Assembly: GCF_009914755.1 (NCBI RefSeq)
Contig: NC_060925.1
DNA from: the human T2T-CHM13v2.0 reference genome, Homo sapiens
DNA: 64,000 nucleotides
Direction: 5' to 3' (one strand)
A program made the translations under genes and the position numbers. Of this stretch, positions 1-15,373 are shown piece after piece. Within the stretch, counting starts at the first letter, position 1; each line of letters starts with the position of its first letter. Below the pieces are notes generated by a model, which saw only the letters and a program-made list of their open reading frames with translations, did not search any database and had not been told where the DNA came from.

Positions 1-244
1 TCTGAAGGTCCGGTTCTGTAACAGTGCACCTGAGGCTCTTCATGACCCGACCCTCTTGGGCATCTCATGTCCCACCTCCTGCCACTGCCTCCCCCATTGC
101 AATCTGATCCTGTCCTCAAGTAATCCCAGACTCTCGGTGCTTCCTCACATGCATATGCAGTGTTCCATGGCTACGTCTTTGCTTTTGATATTTGGGAAGT
201 ACCTGATACTGGTTTCCCTGTATCTTTTCTTCCTGTTAGAATAG

Positions 245-511
<267 letters not shown>

Positions 512-1793
512 TAGTAGAAACAGCCTTTCACCATGTTGGTCAGGCTGGTCTGGTACTCTTGACCTCAGGTGAACCACCCACTTCGGCCTACCGAAGTACT
601 GGGATTACAGACGTGAGCCACCAGGCCCAGCCAGTCTCATTCATATGTCTGTGTGGAAAAGCAGTTCTAAGCGCAGCCAGGGGCTCTTGGTCAAGCAGAG
701 CCTTTGGCTGCAGGATCCCTGAGTCCATTGCATCTTTCCATTAGACTGGATCTTCTTGTTTTGTTTTTGTTTTTGTTTCCTCCAAGCCACCTTTGTTTCC
801 CTATCTTTTTATTAAGAAAATTTCAAATATTTAGAAAATTGAAAGGATGATGCATTGAACACCTATAGAACCATCTACTTTGTCATATTAGTTTTATGAG
901 TGGATTTATTTTTATTTTTGCTAGACCATTTAAAAGCAAGTAAATCTGTGTGCCTCTCTGAAGAATAGAGGCATTCTCCCTTATAACCACAATCCCATTA
1001 TTGTACCTAAGGCAGTTAACAAATTTCTATTAACATTAGTAGGTTTGGGTCGGACACAGTGGCTCATGCCTGTAATCCCAGCACTTTGAGAGGCTGAGGC
1101 AGGTGAATCACTTGAGCCCAGGAGTTCAAGACCAGCCAGGGCAACATAGCGAAACCCTACCTCTACAAAAATAAAAAAATTAGCCAGGCATGATGATGTG
1201 CAACTGTAGTCCTAGCTACTGGGGTTGGGGAGCTGAGATGGAAGGATCACTTGAGCCCCAGGAGGTGGAGGTTGGATCACACCACTGTACTCTAGCCTGG
1301 GCAACAGAGCAAGAACCTGTCTTAAAAAAAAAATAAAAAAGGTTTGTCTCTTAAGGTTTTATTCAATTCCAGATTCTACTATTAGAACGCTTTCTTATCT
1401 CTCCTCTAAGTAGGGAGAAGAAAACTAACATTTACTGTATAAATGTTTGAAGGGCTTTTGTGTGTTGTCTTATTTAATCTTCACTCATTTTACAGATGAG
1501 GAAACTGAGGCTCACAGAGGTTAAATCACTTTTGCAAGATCGCATTCAGTAGTGAAGCCATAACTGCGTAGCACGGTTCCACCTCCATGAGGCTGTCTTG
1601 GGTTCTTGTTTCTCAGGTGTGGTGAGCGGTCTCTTGGATCTGTGTGGTGATCCGATCTTGCACTCCGTCACTGTGGCTGACTGCATTGTCACATTCACTT
1701 GGCGGAGGCCAATTTCCTACAGGTGCTTTCAGGATCAGGTCACTGCGATGGTCTCTAAACACCATTCTGCTTTCTCTGCTCTCTTGTCTTTAG

Positions 1794-1910
1794 GAGCCGG
1801 GTGTGGGCTGAGCCCTGCCTGATTGATGCTGCCAAGGAGGAGTACAACGGGGTGATAGAAGAATTTTTGGCAACAGGAGAGAAGCTTTTTGGACCTTATG
1901 TTTGGGGAAG
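1794..1910 (+). CDS. RNPEP: Aminopeptidase B coding exon (exon 4 by recalled structure)
   Basis: tttag| acceptor, |gtgtgg donor; encodes SRVWAEPCLIDAAKEEYNGVIEEFLATGEKLFGPYVWGR; 117 nt. Confidence 0.95.
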
Positions 1911-2085
1911 GTGTGGTATCACATTGACTCTAGTGTCTCCTGTTAAACTGAGTCACTGGCTTCCATTCTTCCTCTTCGTGTGGCTTTTCCACCTCCTGCC
2001 TCCCAGAGCAAAGTTTCCCTGATCCCAGAAGTGAAGGAGAGGAGGAAGAGAGGAGGGTATGAGCCAGGCTTCTCACTGTTGCTGA

Positions 2086-2529
<444 letters not shown>

Positions 2530-2974
2530 TGACCTGTGTTTTCCCATTGCTGGAAGTTTCCCCACACTCTGTTTTTAACTTTGACATCTTCAGACTTTAG
2601 GCTCCTTAGATAAAAGGCTCCAGGTTGGTCTTTATGACCCCAAGTTGGCCTCCAGGGAACTCCATGTGATGGAGCTGATAATACATTTATCACCTCCACC
2701 CCTGCTTGGAAGGAGAGAGGGAAACAAATGCCTGGAGAGTGAGCTCCAGGAGAGCAGACACCACCTCGATGAGGGAAGTCCCAGCAAGGCAGGGGAGCCA
2801 CGTGGGAGAAGCATTGAGGAGCCTGGCTTTATTTTCCGCACTGGGCCCGAAGTCGTACTCTGCCTGTTTAGTGACTGCATCTGTTAGGGCTTGGAAATAG
2901 GCTGGAAAGGGAGGCGAGGTAGGGTCTGCTCCGGGAAGCCAGGGCCTCTTGGTGACCTCCCCGCTTCTCGGCAG

Positions 2975-3210
2975 GTATGACTTGCTCTTCATGCCACCGT
3001 CCTTTCCATTTGGAGGAATGGAGAACCCTTGTCTGACCTTTGTCACCCCCTGCCTGCTAGCTGGGGACCGCTCCTTGGCAGATGTCATCATCCATGAGAT
3101 CTCCCACAGTTGGTTTGGGAACCTGGTCACCAACGCCAACTGGGGTGAATTCTGGCTCAATGAAGGTTTCACCATGTACGCCCAGAGGAGGATCTCCACC
3201 ATCCTCTTTG
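2975..3210 (+). CDS. RNPEP: Aminopeptidase B catalytic exon (exon 5) with M1 family GGMEN and HEXXH(X18)E motifs
   Basis: gcag| ... |gtaaag; [78 protein letters not shown]. Confidence 0.97.
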
Positions 3211-3310
3211 GTAAAGTGCCCACCCCTCTCCTAAGGAGTCTGCCTCCCATTCTTAACCTGTGGGGCCAGTGTGATCTCCTTATGGGGTTTCAGAATACAA
3301 GTGGGTGTGA

Positions 3311-3760
<450 letters not shown>

Positions 3761-3886
3761 TAATTTACTGGTTGTTTCCAATTTTCCATTGAAATATGTT
3801 GACAAATTTCCTTACACATAAATGTCTATTCATATCAGATGATTTCAACAATGATAAATTCTTAGAAACATAATTTCTGGGTCTGA

Positions 3887-4123
<237 letters not shown>

Positions 4124-4655
4124 TGAACTCCTGGCCTCAAGTGACCTGCCTGTCTAAGCCTCCCAAAGTGCTGAGACAACAGCTGTGAGCCACTGCGCCT
4201 GGCCCTGAACGTTTTAAATTACATAGTCTTTTTAGTACATATTGTCCATTATCTTCCAGAAAGTTTGTACAAATTCTGTACTTTCATTCAGAATATATAT
4301 AGCAAGAGCCTGTTTGTGAATATCTTAATCAGCCATTAGGAATCCTGCAAGCAAATATTTTTATCCCATTGTACAGTTGAAGAAACTGAGGCTGAGAGAG
4401 GCTAAGCCACTTACTCAGAGTCAAAACATCTAGGAAAGGGCAGAGCTGGCTGGTTCCAAAACCCTGTGCCCCACCCCTCCACTGTTCCCTCAGTCATTGT
4501 TTTTAATGCAGAAGGAGACTTAGAGATCCTTAAAAATTTGGGGTTGATAATTTCTTTTGTCTGACAGAAACAGTTAGATGAAAATAATTCTAAGTTTTCA
4601 CAGAAGATCAAGTCATTGCCAGGCATGGTGGCTCACGCCTGAGGCAGGTGGATCA

Positions 4656-5299
<644 letters not shown>

Positions 5300-5560
5300 T
5301 CACTTAGGAGAGAGACCAACAGCCTGAGTTAACCAAGTCCTTTGTAGCCCACAGCAACAGGGAGCTAGGGACTGAGTCAGGCTCTCTGTAACTGTCCCTA
5401 TTTGCCCTGGGTCCCCAGGAGGGTAATGTTATTAAGCTTCAGGTATCTGTCGCTGTTCTTCTTGAGGCCACAAGGAGGCAGCACAGTGTCTCTGTCAGGA
5501 AAATACACTTGGATGTGGTGACAGACGTTTTCCCGAGGCTTACGTTTGATTCTGCACCAG

Positions 5561-5674
5561 GCGCTGCGTACACCTGCTTGGAGGCTGCAACGGGGCGGGC
5601 TCTGCTGCGTCAGCACATGGACATCACTGGAGAGGAAAACCCACTCAACAAGCTCCGCGTGAAGATTGAACCAG
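5561..5674 (+). CDS. RNPEP: Aminopeptidase B exon 6
   Basis: caccag| ... |gtccag; AAYTCLEAATGRALLRQHMDITGEENPLNKLRVKIEP; phases match the neighbouring exons. Confidence 0.95.
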
Positions 5675-6344
5675 GTCCAGGAGGCTCCTCTGTCTGACAC
5701 CCACTCCCCTCAATTGAGCTTGGAGCCCCAAGTTAATGCGAACTTCATGTTGATCAGTGCACGCTTAGAATACTTTATTTGGAGGGAGGGGCACTCCAGA
5801 GCTCTTTGTAGCCAATTCTCTGGCCCCTGGGCTGACTGAACCCAAGCCATTGCAGCCAGATAGGAGTTCTGTCCAGTCTGTGCGGTTCGTGATGACTTCA
5901 CCATTGCTTTGCATTTGCACAAGTCCATATCGTTTTACCAGGCTCTTTCGCATTCCTTCATGATCATCAGGGCAGATCTGTGGATTCTGTAGAATAAAAG
6001 CATTAGCCTTATTTTACAGAGGATGGGACTGAGTGCCAGACAAGTTAAGTGTCTTGTCCAGGTCATGTACCTAATCAGTGCATGACTGCAACTGAGATCC
6101 GGGTCCTCTCTCCAAATTCAGATCTTTTTACTTCCTAACATTTTCCTTCATTCCATGTGTGACTAATCTGAAACCTTTTTATGCAATTGAAGCTCATGTT
6201 CCTTGATGCCGTTAAGTTTGCAGATGAATTTCTTAGAGACGGGTAATTAGTTTTAGCCTGGAACAGCTGTAAAAACAACACATTGGCTGGGCATGGTGGT
6301 TCACGCCTGTAATCCCAGGTCAAAGCGGGTGGATCATGAGGTCA

Positions 6345-6689
<345 letters not shown>

Positions 6690-7032
6690 CTAAGGAAATG
6701 TGTCCGCTCCTCTGGAAGGCTGGTTTCTCTGTCTTCATATTAGATCCACAGTGAATGGCCCTCTGAGATCTTGGAAGTACCTTGAGAGAGGCCAATATCT
6801 GGAGAGAGATCTTGGCCTTGAGATAGAGATCTTAAGAGAGAGAGTCTTGGCCTTGAGAGAGTCCAAGATCTGGAGAGAGGCCAGGATCTGGACACCTTCT
6901 TGGCCTTGCTGTCCCTGGGGAAGCTGAATTCTGATCTCTTCCATCGCTAGTCTTTGACTGTGGAGCTAGAGAAGAACGTTACGGGTGACAGGCTACAAAA
7001 GCTCAAATCTTGTCTGCTTTCTCCTCTGCCAG

Positions 7033-7145
7033 GCGTTGACCCGGACGACACCTATAATGAGACCCCCTACGAGAAAGGTTTCTGCTTTGTCTCATACCTG
7101 GCCCACTTGGTGGGTGATCAGGATCAGTTTGACAGTTTTCTCAAG
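7033..7145 (+). CDS. RNPEP: Aminopeptidase B exon 7
   Basis: gccag| ... |gtatag; VDPDDTYNETPYEKGFCFVSYLAHLVGDQDQFDSFLK (catalytic Tyr in YEKG). Confidence 0.95.
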
Positions 7146-7315
7146 GTATAGTCACATGAGGGGAGAAGGAAGAGGAGCGGATAAAGCCACTGGGCCTGAT
7201 CAAGGGTAGAGGCAGGGGGCGAAAGATGTAAGGGGTTGGAGGAGGACCCAGGACACAGAGGGACACCACTCCCCACGGGGCCAGAGAGGGTCTAAAGAGC
7301 TTTCCCTCCTCACAG

Positions 7316-7424
7316 GCCTATGTGCATGAATTCAAATTCCGAAGCATCTTAGCCGATGACTTTCTGGACTTCTACTTGGAATATTTCCCTGAGCTTAAGA
7401 AAAAGAGAGTGGATATCATTCCAG
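7316..7424 (+). CDS. RNPEP: Aminopeptidase B exon 8
   Basis: cacag| ... |gtaagc; AYVHEFKFRSILADDFLDFYLEYFPELKKKRVDIIP. Confidence 0.95.
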
Positions 7425-7773
7425 GTAAGCAGAGGAACTGGCCCACAGGCTTCTAAAAAATAGTAGAGAATGAGATCTCATTGACACTCGGAAAGATGGT
7501 GGTGGATGGGAAAACAACTGGGTCAGAGTCAGCTAGGTAGGGGCGTTTTGGGAAGCAAACCCAGAATCCTGGGATTTATTCCACAAGAATGACTTCTTTT
7601 CACTCCTCTCTGCCTCATTTTCTCCCAGTCTGTTTCCTTACTCTCTCCTCTCACCTGGACACACAGTCAGACCCTTAACTTGCCTGGAGAGCTGCCACTG
7701 CTGCCGCACCACTGCCCCAAGCTAAAACTCACAGGGCAGGAGCGGAGGCAGCACCCCTCCTACAGCCTTCTGA

Positions 7774-8223
<450 letters not shown>

Positions 8224-8782
8224 TGAACCTTGAGTCACTCTATTGTTGGTTTGATGAAGTCCGCGTCCTCTGACAGTAGGATTGGTCAGGACTTTAGCAG
8301 CACCTACTGTTCGGTTGGAGGCTTGCATTTTAATGCGGGGACTCCGGAGCTAATGGTAGTTAATAATTCCAGAGTACTTACTATGCATCAGGTGATACGC
8401 TAAGCTTTTAATGTTTATTTGCTCATGTAATCCTCATAACCATCACGGAGGCAGGGCCTATCACCCCCACTTTATAGATAAAACTGAGGTGCAGAGAGGT
8501 GAAGTAACATGCCCGTGGCCTCCCAGCTGGTTAATGACAGAGCAGGGGTAGGAACCCAGGCAGCCTGGTCCTAGAGCCTGGGTGCTTAAGTACAGTGTGG
8601 TTGTGATCGGTAGGAGAATGTGCACGTGAATAGAGCATCCACCAACTTGGCTCTGACAACACAGTGCTAATTTGGAGCGAAAAGCACTTTCACGGTCGAA
8701 ACGGCACAGTCTCTAGATGTCGTTATAACTAGGACCCTGCTGGAGCGAATAGTTACATGGGAAAGTAATGTTAAATGCTGGG

Positions 8783-8895
8783 GAAAGAGTTTGGGATGGA
8801 GAGAGGAGAAACTTGAGGTCTCTGGGAGTTGCTTAAACCAGTTGACCGTAACCTGGCCAGAGAATTCTGATAGTGTCTTCTCTCCTCCCAAACAG
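8783..8895 (+). ncRNA. MIR6740: pre-miR-6740, 5'-tailed mirtron ending at the exon 9 acceptor
   Basis: 5p arm agtttgggatggagagaggaga (8788-8809) pairs with 3p arm tgtcttctctcctcccaaacag (8874-8895), which ends exactly at the intron AG; matches recalled miR-6740 mature sequences. Confidence 0.85.
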
Positions 8896-9120
8896 GTTTT
8901 GAGTTTGATCGATGGCTGAATACCCCCGGCTGGCCCCCGTACCTCCCTGATCTCTCCCCTGGGGACTCACTCATGAAGCCTGCTGAAGAGCTAGCCCAAC
9001 TGTGGGCAGCCGAGGAGCTGGACATGAAGGCCATTGAAGCCGTGGCCATCTCTCCCTGGAAGACCTACCAGCTGGTCTACTTCCTGGATAAGATCCTCCA
9101 GAAATCCCCTCTCCCTCCTG
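8896..9120 (+). CDS. RNPEP: Aminopeptidase B exon 9
   Basis: aacag| ... |gtaaga; FEFDRWLNTPGWPPYLPDLSPGDSLMKPAEELAQLWAAEELDMKAIEAVAISPWKTYQLVYFLDKILQKSPLPP. Confidence 0.95.
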
Positions 9121-9212
9121 GTAAGAAAAAATGGTGAACCAGGGCTCCTTGTGTGCACAGCTTTATGTCAGGGGCTAGAGGGAGGCTCACAAAAAGTAGT
9201 GATGCTTGCCCC

Positions 9213-9350
9213 TAGGGAACTGCCACGTACACTAGGGAGGCTGGCACTCCACAAGGAATGTGCCACCGGGAGGTTATGGGTTAGGGGACTGCCACGTACA
9301 CTAGGGAGGCTGGCACTCCACAAGGAATGTGCCATCGGGAGGTTATGGGT
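9213..9350. repeat. 69-bp tandem duplication (2 copies) in RNPEP intron 9
   Basis: Units at 9213-9281 and 9282-9350 differ at 2 positions. Confidence 0.93.
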
Positions 9351-10012
9351 TCTACTTACAAGCACCTCAAGGACAAAGTCACAAAGCCTGGCATTGCTCA
9401 AGTCCGAAGCTCCTGCAGGTGACTCTTGTAAGGCTTTTGTGTCTATTAAGTCATTTAATTCCCACAACTCCTCTGGGAAGTAGGCGGTGTGATGTTAATA
9501 CCCAGGTGACAGAATGAACTTGAGGTACAAACAGTTCGCACAGAACCCAGTCATCCAGAGCTCTCAACCTCTAATGCTTTGTGGCTGCTCAGTCAACATA
9601 ATATTCACCAAGGGGTTAAAAAAAAGTTAGAGCCAAGATGACTTTTAGCAGGTGAGTGGTAGGAGAAAAAATGGGACAGATATTGGGGGAATATGTCTGC
9701 TTTAATCTTGCTCTGTCGACCAGGCTGGAGTGCCGTGGTGCTATTGGCTCACAGCAACCTCCACCTTCTGAGTTCAAGTGATTCTTGATTCTAGCACCTC
9801 AGCCTCCAAGTAGCTGGGATTACAGGCGTGCGCCACCACACCCGGCCAGTTTTGTTTGGTATTTTTAGTAGAGATGGGGTTTCGCCATATTGGCCAGGCT
9901 GGTCTCACATTCCTGACCTCAAGTGATCCGCCCACCTCAGCCTCCCAAAATTCTAGTATTACAGGTGTGACCCACCGTGACCAGCCACAAACCATTTCTT
10001 TCTCTTCTCCAG

Positions 10013-10155
10013 GGAATGTGAAAAAACTTGGAGACACATACCCAAGTATCTCAAATGCCCGGAATGCAGAGCTCCGGCTGCGATGGGGCCAAATCATCCT
10101 TAAGAACGACCACCAGGAAGATTTCTGGAAAGTGAAGGAGTTCCTGCATAACCAG
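10013..10155 (+). CDS. RNPEP: Aminopeptidase B exon 10
   Basis: ctccag| ... |gtgggt; [47 protein letters not shown]. Confidence 0.95.
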
Positions 10156-11216
10156 GTGGGTGACCCCTGCCTCGCTGTTCCCGAAAGCACACTGGGACCC
10201 ACTCGGCCATATGTGAAGTAATCATGTGGGCAGGGCTCATCTAGGACTCATCTGAGGCACAGAGGGAGGGGCAAATGACCTGAGGACCCTACCACTCAGC
10301 CTCTTTACTAGTGTGGCTTTGAAGGCATTGCCCTAGGGACAAGAGGAGGCCTGCAGGCTTGCAGTGCTTTCTGCAATTCAGCTGGTGAGACCCCAGGGAA
10401 AAAAGCTGGCCAGAGCCAACGCAGAGGCGGGAAAGAGGGTGACAGTGTCATGTGGGAAACACAAGAGGGAAAGGGGCCAGAGGCGGAGCAAGAGGAACAA
10501 AGGCTTGGAGGATAGGTCCCTGCTGCCCTGTGACTTGGGCATGATCGGGACAGCAGCCAGACCCTCTGTCACTATGTGAAAGTTGCCCTGTTGGGGAAAG
10601 GCCCCGGGCTCTCAGGATGAACTGAATGTCATCAGATTCCGGAGCAGGGAGGGGCTGGACCGGAGACGAAGCATTGCTCTGCATAAAGTCAGGGCTGCCT
10701 GCCTGTTCGGGGATATTCTGAGCCCTTTGATGGCTTCCTCAAGGCTCTGGATTTTAGGAACTTGTGATGTCGCTGGCTTATATTTGTGTGAATTTGACCT
10801 GTGGGTTGACCTGTGGGTTTTCCTTTGCTTGACTGCAGCTGGACCGTATGCGGCTGTGAGCTTTATGTGCCGCAGCTGCTGATATCTGCTATTCACGTGG
10901 TGGCTCACCACCTACACCTTTCCAGAAGTCTGGAATCCCATTGTGTCCACCCAACTCATTCATTTTGTTGACTGTAGACGTCCCCATGTTAGTATGGATT
11001 GGGACGCGTATTGAGATCCATCTCCATGGATCTTTGGCGCCCAAGAAGATGCCTGAATTAGAGCACTTCTGATGAGAAGCTCCTCATTCCAGCTGTGATG
11101 CCCACATCCCTTTTAGCACCTAGCCATGGCTGCTGTTAGACTGGCACTGGGGGCAGCAGGGCTGGACAGATCCACCAGGCAAGCTTCTTAGGCATGTGTA
11201 TGTGTGTTTCTTGCAG

Positions 11217-11375
11217 GGGAAGCAGAAGTATACACTTCCGCTGTACCACGCAATGATGGGTGGCAGTGAGGTGGCCCAGACCCTCGCCAAGGAGACTTTT
11301 GCATCCACCGCCTCCCAGCTCCACAGCAATGTTGTCAACTATGTCCAGCAGATCGTGGCACCCAAGGGCAGTTAG
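11217..11375 (+). CDS. RNPEP: Aminopeptidase B terminal coding exon 11
   Basis: ttgcag|; GKQKYTLPLYHAMMGGSEVAQTLAKETFASTASQLHSNVVNYVQQIVAPKGS* with TAG at 11373-11375. Confidence 0.96.
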   Translation, partial: GKQKYTLPLYHAMMGGSEVAQTLAKETFASTASQLHSNVVNYVQQIVAPKGS

Positions 11376-11773
11376 AGGCTCGTGTGCATGGCCCCTGCCT
11401 CTTCAGGCTCTCCAGGCTTTCAGAATAATTGTTTGTTCCCAAATTCCTGTTCCCTGATCAACTTCCTGGAGTTTATATCCCCTCAGGATAATCTATTCTC
11501 TAGCTTAGGTATCTGTGACTCTTGGGCCTCTGCTCTGGTGGGAACTTACTTCTCTATAGCCCACTGAGCCCCGAGACAGAGAACCTGCCCACAGCTCTCC
11601 CCGCTACAGGCTGCAGGCACTGCAGGGCAGCGGGTATTCTCCTCCCCACCTAAGTCTCTGGGAAGAAGTGGAGAGGACTGATGCTCTTCTTTTTTCTCTT
11701 TCCTTTTTCTTGCTGATTTTATGCAAAGGGCTGGCATTCTGATTGTTCTTTTTTCAGGTTTAATCCTTATTTT

Positions 11774-11779
11774 AATAAA
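11774..11779 (+). terminator. RNPEP: RNPEP polyadenylation signal
   Basis: AATAAA ~400 nt after the stop, preceded by a U-rich tract. Confidence 0.85.
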
Positions 11780-12091
11780 GTTTTCAAGCAAAAATTAAGT
11801 TACGGATTGAGTGACTATTAAATTTCTTCCACCAGAGGTCCTCACTGTGTTTGTTCAGGAAAGGTCACTGGGGGAGGCCCAGAGAATGACAGTATTTTCC
11901 TGTCCTCAGGGAACAGCCAGGGTGAAGGAGGTGGGTGTCCTACACATGCATATGAAAAAAAATATGGCAAAATGGCACAGCTGGTGCAGGAAAATGAAAA
12001 AGGAATAGCATTCCAGTTCTCCGTGAAGCAGCTGAATTCTCTATCTGCAGCAGCATTCCCATTATCTTTTCCATCACTAAGAAAAAAAAAT

Positions 12092-12695
<604 letters not shown>

Positions 12696-14457
12696 GTGTC
12701 TTATGACTTTTTATCTACTCTTCTGCCCATGCCCAAGGCTTCACTGGGCCTCACCTGTCTTTGATCCTAGATAACTATTTGAATGGTAATCAGTAAAGTC
12801 TTTAGAACTTAGCACTAAATTCTGATTTCCTGGCCTCAACATGGGGACCTAAACAGTTAGCAATCTGGGTTTGGGAGTGGGATGAGGGGAGGGTTGGAAG
12901 AAATATTTAGTGTGTTTCAGTTGCCTTTCTTAAATACAGGGCACCCCTGAAACAGGCTTTGTTCGCAGCTCTGCTCTGTCCTCGGATTTAGGTTATCAAA
13001 CAGGCTTCCTCCCTCCCCTGCACAAGGGTTGGGAATGAGTCGATTTGCTTTCACTCAGCAAGAGCAAGGGACTAGTGGTGACCAAGTGGTAGACTGGAGA
13101 GGCCTCTGCCCCGTGGCACACAGCTCCACCATCAGAGAGGGTGATGTGGGTCATAGGTGAGGGATCTGGAGGCCCGGTATCGGAAGAGCTTCTCCAGGCA
13201 CTGGCATTTTGACAGCAAACTGCTTCCGTGGCTCTTTCAGGACTGTTCCTGGCAATATGTTATTGGCAAGGACTATTTTAGGGCTATCCAGTTGTCTCCC
13301 CCTCTCCCCAACCTTTTATCTAGCTTATCAGTAGCTATCTTTCCTTGCTCTGTACAAAAACCTATAGCACCAATAGGCCCAGTAATCATGAAGGGTCAGT
13401 GCAAGGAAAGGCTGGAAGCCCTTCCTCTAACAGCCGTGCTGTGACTCCACTAACTTTGTGGGGTCTCCCATTACATAGCGTGGGTATCCTGAGCTGTGCA
13501 GCCTGCCTCACTCACCACCTTGGTACCTGACAGGACTACTGGATGTGCCTGTCCTTTTGTAGGACATTCTCCCATCCCAAAGATGAGGCTGTGCTGCCGT
13601 GTGGGCAAGCTCTGTGGGGAGAGGGGAGGCCAGTGGGTTGTTTTTGCCATCACAGAATACTGGGAAGCCCCTGGCATCCTGCTCCATAGCTCTCTTCACC
13701 ACTATCCTGGAACCTTCTCCCCACCCCCATCCCCATGCCTCCAAGGCACTGACCTCAAATCCAAGTCTTTCCCACTTATCTCAAGCTGCCAGCCTGTAGG
13801 GATTCCTTATCTCAGCTCCATGTCAGCGGTGAGGAAGCCCCAAGAAGGCAAGGGAGCTGACAGCCTTCTCATTTTTCTCGTACATCCTCCTGTTCACCCC
13901 GCCATCCCGGGAGCCCCAGCCAGATGCTCTTCAGGGCAGGGAGCACGTGAGCAGCCCTGGGGCTAGAAGCCGGTTCTCCCACATTCCTGGGTGAGGGACT
14001 GGGTGGAGGGTGTGCCTGCCTCAGGCTCCTTGGGGGAGGCCCCCTGAAGGGCTGGGGAAAATCCTACTGAGCCCCAGGCTCTCCTGCCTGCACTGGCCCA
14101 GTGCGGGGGCGGGGGGGCGGGGGGATCCTGGACATTAACTCTCTCCTAGGCACCTGGGAGCTTCAGAGAGGAAGAAGGTAAGGTAAGAAGCAGATTCTCT
14201 GCGCAGGACTTTCTTAGTCCTCAGGCTATAGAGTTAAAGAAAGAAGTATCTGTAGAAGGTGGAGTCACCTTTTGTTTGAGTAACCGTTTCACCCACCCTG
14301 GCTGAGGGTGGCCAGGAACTCCCCAAGTTGTGCATTAATGGAGGTGGGTCACACAGATCCTACATTTTTTTGTTTTTGTTTTTTTTTTTTGAGACGCAGT
14401 GATTACAGGTGTGAGCCACCGGATCCTACATTTCAAATGCATAAAAATCTAGATATG

Positions 14458-14779
<322 letters not shown>

Positions 14780-15358
14780 TTATTAAATTCAGACAACCTC
14801 ATTTTTTATAGATGGGGAAACAAGCACAGACTCCAAGGGCCTCATCCAAGATCACACAGTTGCAGATGCTGGCTACAAGTCTCCTGCCTCAACCACCTGT
14901 ATTACCCCATTCAGGGTCTCAAGAAGGGTCTATAAGACACTATCCATTGTGTTTCGGGCTGAGTCCATAGAGACAACCACAGACATGGGGGACTCTGCCC
15001 ACAGGGAAGGCAAGGGCTCTGGCCATGGAGCTGGATGGGAAGACTCTGAAGCCCGAAGACATTGAATCCTGTGCAGGGAAAGAGCGAGGGTTTTGTGTAC
15101 AACACACCTGCATACCTGGATGTGAATCTCAGCTCCACCCCTTCACCAACTCTGTGTGGCCTGGGCAAGCCATTCTAAGGGAACCCTCCACACTGCAACT
15201 TTCATGTCTATAAAATGGGAATAACCATGCATTCCTTACAGGACTTTTTTGGTGTGAGGATTAAATGAGAGAATATGTTGAAAAGTGCTTGGTAAATATA
15301 TTAATACTATGCATTCCCTCTTCTTTGAATGACGTGACCCAGGTAGTCAGGCTTCTGA

Positions 15359-15373
15359 CCACTAGAGGGCAGC
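15359..15373 (+). promoter_or_regulatory. CTCF consensus site
   Basis: CCACTAGAGGGCAGC fits CCASYAGRKGGCRSY, ~0.9 kb upstream of the ELF3 TSS. Confidence 0.65.
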
